A stretch of 64,000 bases of DNA from Nitrospirales bacterium (GTDB lineage: Bacteria; Nitrospirota; Nitrospiria; Nitrospirales; UBA8639). Below are positions 59,451 to 64,000 of the stretch, piece after piece. The translations under genes were made by a program, and so were the position numbers. The stretch is from contig OY820905.2 of NCBI GenBank assembly GCA_963555755.3, positions 4,128,001 through 4,192,000 of the forward strand, in the 5' to 3' direction. Position 1 is the stretch's first letter. Each line of letters opens with the position of its first letter. The notes under the pieces are model-generated. The model had not been told where the DNA came from and ran no database searches. It was given only the letters and a program-made list of their open reading frames with translations.

Positions 59451-60404
59451 CTAAGAGCTGGCCAATGCGGACATTCGGCGGTACTTATCTTCGCGGGTGG
59501 AGATGAGTTTGTCTTTCTTTTGTTTTTCTAACTGCTTGAGGTGGGTTTGAATGGATGTGGCCAATTTTTTTGCCATGACTTCGACGTCTCGATGGGCGCC
59601 TCCCAGGGGTTCGGGGATGACTTCATCGACGATGCCAAGTTTCAATAAATCCGCACCGTTCATTTTCAGCGCTGCGGCGGCCTCGGGAGCTTTGGCTGAA
59701 TCGTTCCACAGAATGGCGGCGCATCCTTCCGGGCTGATGACGGAATAGATCGAATTTTCCAAAATAAGGACGCGGTCTGCCACGCCTAGGGCTAAGGCAC
59801 CCCCACTTCCTCCCTCACCGGTAATCACTGCAACAATGGGCACCTGGAGTCTTGCCATCACAAAAAGGTTTCGCGCAATGGCTTCGGCTTGGCCGCGTTC
59901 TTCAGCTCCTACTCCTGGGTAAGCGCCTGGGGTGTCAATGAAGGTCACGATGGGCCGACCAAATTTTTCGGCAAGTTTCATGAGTCGAAGCGCTTTTCGA
60001 TATCCTTCGGGGTTGGCCATGCCAAAGTTTCGTTTGACGCGGCCTTTGAAGCCCTGCCCTTTTTCGTGGCCGATGACGCAGATCGATCGCCCTTCGAAAG
60101 TGGCAAATCCGCAAACAATGGCTTGATCGTCGCCAAAGTTTCGATCGCCATGTAGCTCAACAAAGTCTTGGCAAAAGGCTTCAATGTAGTGAAGCGTGGA
60201 CGGCCGTTGCGGGTGACGAGCGATTTGGGCTTGCTGCCATGGCGTGAGGCTGCCAAAAATTTCTATTTCCTTTTTTGTGAGCTGGCCTTGCAACATTCGA
60301 GTGAGACGCGGCACGCCTTTCTTGTCGGAGCCGGATTTCTTGACCTTCTCAATCCGCTCTTCCAGTTCTTTCAGCGGCTGTTCAAAATCTAAAAAATTGC
60401 GCAT
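59451..60404 (-). CDS. accA: Acetyl-CoA carboxylase carboxyltransferase alpha subunit
   Basis: 'LDFEQP', 'ARHPQRP', 'PEGYRKALRLM', 'GEGGSGGAL', 'SVISPEGCAAILW'. Confidence 0.97.
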   Translation of the reverse strand: MRNFLDFEQPLKELEERIEKVKKSGSDKKGVPRLTRMLQGQLTKKEIEIFGSLTPWQQAQIARHPQRPSTLHYIEAFCQDFVELHGDRNFGDDQAIVCGFATFEGRSICVIGHEKGQGFKGRVKRNFGMANPEGYRKALRLMKLAEKFGRPIVTFIDTPGAYPGVGAEERGQAEAIARNLFVMARLQVPIVAVITGEGGSGGALALGVADRVLILENSIYSVISPEGCAAILWNDSAKAPEAAAALKMNGADLLKLGIVDEVIPEPLGGAHRDVEVMAKKLATSIQTHLKQLEKQKKDKLISTREDKYRRMSALASS

Positions 60405-60423
60405 GTGTGGATGTACCTATTCA

Positions 60424-61036
60424 GGACCTGAGAGGAAATAACTTGGACATCTCGCATCCAATCTTTGGGCCATCTTTGAACCTAGAAGCAGCAGTTGGAT
60501 CACAAAAGTCCGCGCAAGCTCTCAGGGTCCGTCACGAAATAACCGGGACAATTGGCCGAGACGATTTTGGAGCGAGCCAAGGAGCGAAGAGCGCGCATAC
60601 CGGGAGTATGGAAGCGATGAGCGACGCCGGCGGAGCCCAAAAGCGTCCGGCCCTCCGGGGAGGCCCATCTTTGGCCCGGGGCGGCGTTGCTCCTCGGTCA
60701 CAGAGCCCCGCTCTGCTCCCTCGTCGCGCCTTGCCCCGGTCACAAATCTGGGCCTCCCAATTGTCCCGGTTATTTCGTGACGGACCCTTAGCGCACCTGG
60801 CAAAATACAAAAATGTCTTATCACCACCGAGGTGACCACGACTTTTTGTATTTCACCATGCACACCAATATCTTACACGGCTTTTTTGCGCCCAACTGCT
60901 GTTTCTAGGTTGAACGGGCCTCAATCGACAAAACCTCAACATAGCTGTGCTATGCCTCGGGTTTTTCTCAATCGTTCCGTCCAAATCCGACCCCAATCTT
61001 GGCACGATAGTGTCCAAGTTATTTTCTCTCAGGTCC
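60424..61036 (-). mobile_element. MITE family A copy 3, containing MITE B (60481-60909), which contains MITE C (60525-60787)
   Basis: A ends GGACCTGAGAG / CTCTCAGGTCC; B is flanked by duplicated TTGAA, and its removal restores A's CATCTTTGAACGGGCC. Confidence 0.92.
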
Positions 61037-64000
61037 TAAGCGAAATGGTGAAAGGTCACTGATTCTTTTCCGAGAATTCGTTCAACATCATTGACCAAGT
61101 GTTCACTGGGCGACACGGTGAGGTCAGGAATAGGCGTACTATCGGCTTCGAGATTCGAGGATAATTGAAATTGGAATGAAATGGGCGCGGAACCGGGATG
61201 TTTGCGCAGGACCTCTTGCAGTTCGGGCAAGTTGATACGGGTGTCCGGATGTTCTTTCACGCGAAGCGTGACCCGTTTCACGGCTTTGGCTTGCCAGGTG
61301 TGCAGCGGTTCCAGTTTCGTCGCTTTGATGCGTGAACCAGTATCCATTTTATCGACGGTGCCGGTGATGTAAATCACGGCATCGGCCACGATGAATTCCT
61401 CTGATTTTTTAAACAGTTCAGGAAAGACAATGACCTCGACCAATCCTTGCAAGTCTTCAATTTGCACATAGGCCATGCGGTCGCCTTTTTTGGTCGTGGT
61501 GCCTTTGATATGTCCAATGACTCCACACAGTTTGACTTCTTTGCCCTCTGGGGCCTCATGCAAATTTCCGGTGTGGTGTGTAGACAGAACTCGGATGGCT
61601 TCGGTATGCATCGTGAGTGGGTGGGCCGTGATATAAAACCCCGTGAGCTGTCGTTCGTATTGAAGCAATTGCTCCTGCGACCATTCCTGGACCTGTGGGA
61701 GCGGGCGAGACCACGTGCTTCCGGTTGAAGAGGCTGCTGGCTTCTCGTCAAATGCCGCGAATAAGTTTGTTTGTCCGAGTTCGCGCTCACGCTGAATGGA
61801 CGATGCTTCCTCCAGGATGGAATCCATCTCCGCCATCAATTGTGCACGGACGGCTTTCATTGAGTCGAAGGCTCCGACTTTAATCAGCCCTTCTAGCACG
61901 CGTTTATTCACTTTTTGCAGATCAATGCGGGTACAAAAATCCAGAAACGAGAAAAAGGCTCCGTCAGCTTCTCGGCTGGCAATGATCAATTCGACCGCAG
62001 CGCCGCCAACGTTCTTTATCGCCGCAAGCCCGAATCGAATGCTCTGGTCCACAACATTGAAATTCTTTTGGCTCTCGTTCACATCGGGAGGAAGAATTGG
62101 GATGCCGAGTTCACGGCAATCGGTGAAATACCCAACCATCTTGTCCATGTTACCCATTTCACTGGTGAGGAGCGCCGCCATAAACTCGGTTGGAAAATGC
62201 GCCTTCAAATAGGCGGTTTGGAACGTCACGACTGCATAGGCCGCCGAGTGGGATTTGTTGAAACCGTAGCCGGCAAAGTATGCCATTTGATCGAAGATCT
62301 TTTCCGCTTTTTTGGCAGTAAAACCATTCCTAGTTGCCCCTTCAATAAAGAGCTCTTTTTGCTTGGCCATCTCATCATGTTTTTTCTTGCCCATGGCGCG
62401 GCGAAGCAAATCCGCCTGGCCTAGACTGAATCCGGCCATGCGATTGGCAATAGCCATGACCTGCTCTTGATAGACGATGACCCCATACGTTTCTTTAAGA
62501 ATGGGCTCGAGCTCGGGAGGGTCGTAGACAACTTTAGAGGGATCGCGTTTGCGTTTGATGAAATCATCGACCATCCCACTTTCCAGAGGTCCGGGCCGAT
62601 ACAGGGCCAGGATGGCAATGAGGTCTTCAAAGTATTGGGGCTTAATGCGCACGAGCAGATTCCGCATCCCCGAACTTTCCAATTGAAAAATGCCCGTAGT
62701 TTTGCCCGATGCCAGCAGTACATAGGTCGCGGCATCATCCGGAGACTGTTGATCAAGATCTATCGCTTGGTCGGGGGACCGTTCTTGATTGACCAAGGTC
62801 ACGGCGTGTTGAATCATGGTCAGCGTTTTCAGCCCGAGAAAATCGAACTTGACGAGTCCAACCTTTTCGATGTCAGTCATCGAATATTGGGTTACGATTT
62901 CGTCGTTCGCCGTCTTGTACAGCGGGACATGTTCTATCAGGGGTTCTTGGGAAATGACCACACCGGCTGCGTGGGTGGAGGCATGTCGCGCGAGTCCTTC
63001 TAGGGATCTGGCTGTCGTCATGAGTTCGGTCATGCGCGGGTCGGTATCGACGAGCTCTTGAAGTTTGGGCTCTTGGGCCAACGCGTCCTTCAACGTGATG
63101 TTCAGTTGCATGGGAACGAGCTTGGCCATGCGATCGACTTCCGCGTAGGGAATGTCGAGCACCCGACCCACATCTCGGATCGCGGCTTTCGCCCCTAGAG
63201 TTCCAAACGTGATGATTTGGCAAACATGATCCTCACCATATTTCTCGATGACATAGTTGATTACCTCACCCCGTCGGTCCTGGCAAAAATCCATGTCGAT
63301 ATCAGGCATGCTGACTCGTTCGGGATTGAGGAACCGTTCAAAGAGCAAGTTGTAGGCGAGCGGGTCTAAGTCGGTGATGCGCAACGTATAGGCGATGAGG
63401 CTGCCGGCTGCGGATCCTCGGCCCGGTCCAACCGGAATGCCACGTGCACGGGCAAATTTGATGATGTCCCAGACAATTAAAAAGTAGCCGGCATAACCCA
63501 TGGTCGTGAGCACGGCTAGTTCTTCCTTGAGGCGCAGGTCATACGCGTCTCGGGGAAGGCTGGATGGACGAGACTTCAGGCGTTCAGTCAAGCCATCTTC
63601 CGCCAGTTTTTGTAGATAGGCTTCGCGCGTCATGCCCTCCGGTGGATGGTAGTGAGGCAGAAATGTTGAGCCAAAGGACAACTCAAGATTACATTGCTCG
63701 GTAATGCGGCTCGTGTTGAGTACCGCGTCGGGAAGTTCGGAAAATTCCGCAACCATTTCTTCTGTTGATTTTACATACAGCTGGTCCGTGTCGAATTTCA
63801 TGCGGTTGGTATCTTTTAAGGTCTTTCCCGTTTGCAAACACAACATGATTTCATGCGGTCGGGCATCTTCCTTTTTGAGGTAGTGGCAATCGTTCGTGCC
63901 AACCATTGGGATGCCCAGCTTTTTATGAATGTCGATCAAACCTCGATTCGCAATTAATTGCTGGGCAAGACCATTCGCTTGGACTTCCAGGTAATAATGA
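61036..64000 (-). CDS. dnaE: DNA polymerase III alpha subunit, 5'-truncated by the window edge
   Basis: 'GPGRGSAAGS', 'PDIDMDF', 'HAAGVVI', 'KFDFLGL', 'YGFNKSH'. Confidence 0.98.
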   Translation of the reverse strand, partial: HYYLEVQANGLAQQLIANRGLIDIHKKLGIPMVGTNDCHYLKKEDARPHEIMLCLQTGKTLKDTNRMKFDTDQLYVKSTEEMVAEFSELPDAVLNTSRITEQCNLELSFGSTFLPHYHPPEGMTREAYLQKLAEDGLTERLKSRPSSLPRDAYDLRLKEELAVLTTMGYAGYFLIVWDIIKFARARGIPVGPGRGSAAGSLIAYTLRITDLDPLAYNLLFERFLNPERVSMPDIDMDFCQDRRGEVINYVIEKYGEDHVCQIITFGTLGAKAAIRDVGRVLDIPYAEVDRMAKLVPMQLNITLKDALAQEPKLQELVDTDPRMTELMTTARSLEGLARHASTHAAGVVISQEPLIEHVPLYKTANDEIVTQYSMTDIEKVGLVKFDFLGLKTLTMIQHAVTLVNQERSPDQAIDLDQQSPDDAATYVLLASGKTTGIFQLESSGMRNLLVRIKPQYFEDLIAILALYRPGPLESGMVDDFIKRKRDPSKVVYDPPELEPILKETYGVIVYQEQVMAIANRMAGFSLGQADLLRRAMGKKKHDEMAKQKELFIEGATRNGFTAKKAEKIFDQMAYFAGYGFNKSHSAAYAVVTFQTAYLKAHFPTEFMAALLTSEMGNMDKMVGYFTDCRELGIPILPPDVNESQKNFNVVDQSIRFGLAAIKNVGGAAVELIIASREADGAFFSFLDFCTRIDLQKVNKRVLEGLIKVGAFDSMKAVRAQLMAEMDSILEEASSIQRERELGQTNLFAAFDEKPAASSTGSTWSRPLPQVQEWSQEQLLQYERQLTGFYITAHPLTMHTEAIRVLSTHHTGNLHEAPEGKEVKLCGVIGHIKGTTTKKGDRMAYVQIEDLQGLVEVIVFPELFKKSEEFIVADAVIYITGTVDKMDTGSRIKATKLEPLHTWQAKAVKRVTLRVKEHPDTRINLPELQEVLRKHPGSAPISFQFQLSSNLEADSTPIPDLTVSPSEHLVNDVERILGKESVTFHHFA

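Noticed and set aside
1..64000. DGR template repeat or reverse transcriptase; rRNA, tRNA, CRISPR array
   Set aside because: None recognised by eye in this window; a covariance/HMM scan would be needed to exclude small RNAs.

Overview
Bacterial chromosomal window; gene content and the repeat families suggest Nitrospirota (inference only). The housekeeping backbone comprises an AddA/UvrD helicase-nuclease (partial), lgt, a SWIM-SNF2 helicase, mrp/apbC, a Rieske ferredoxin, a hybrid kinase plus response regulator, lipA, two interleaved peptide ABC transporter systems, an AmmeMemoRadiSam B protein, a cyclophilin, an MFS transporter, a histone-H1-like protein, a peroxiredoxin, scpAB, an FAD/Fe-S oxidoreductase, accA and dnaE (partial). 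Intergenic space is crowded with small non-autonomous repeats (my labels A-E plus REP-like palindromes), one IS4-family and two tandem ISAs1-family elements (all three transposases fused to an N-terminal DUF4338/DruA-like domain) and seven toxin-antitoxin(-like) pairs. Highlights: (1) four TA pairs are each bracketed by locus-specific 100-300 bp direct duplications, suggesting a duplication-generating cassette mechanism; (2) a KAP-NTPase/FGE-sulfatase (C-type lectin fold) gene whose 3' end looks like a diversity-generating-retroelement variable region, split by a 429-bp MITE whose exact removal restores the ORF; (3) a complete orphan integron cassette with a canonical attC and no integrase; (4) three-level nesting of MITEs; (5) a second ABC system sitting between dppD and dppF of the first, bounded by inverted MITE copies. 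No rRNA, tRNA, CRISPR array, integrase or reverse transcriptase was recognised. Family names come from motif recognition by eye, not from database searches.
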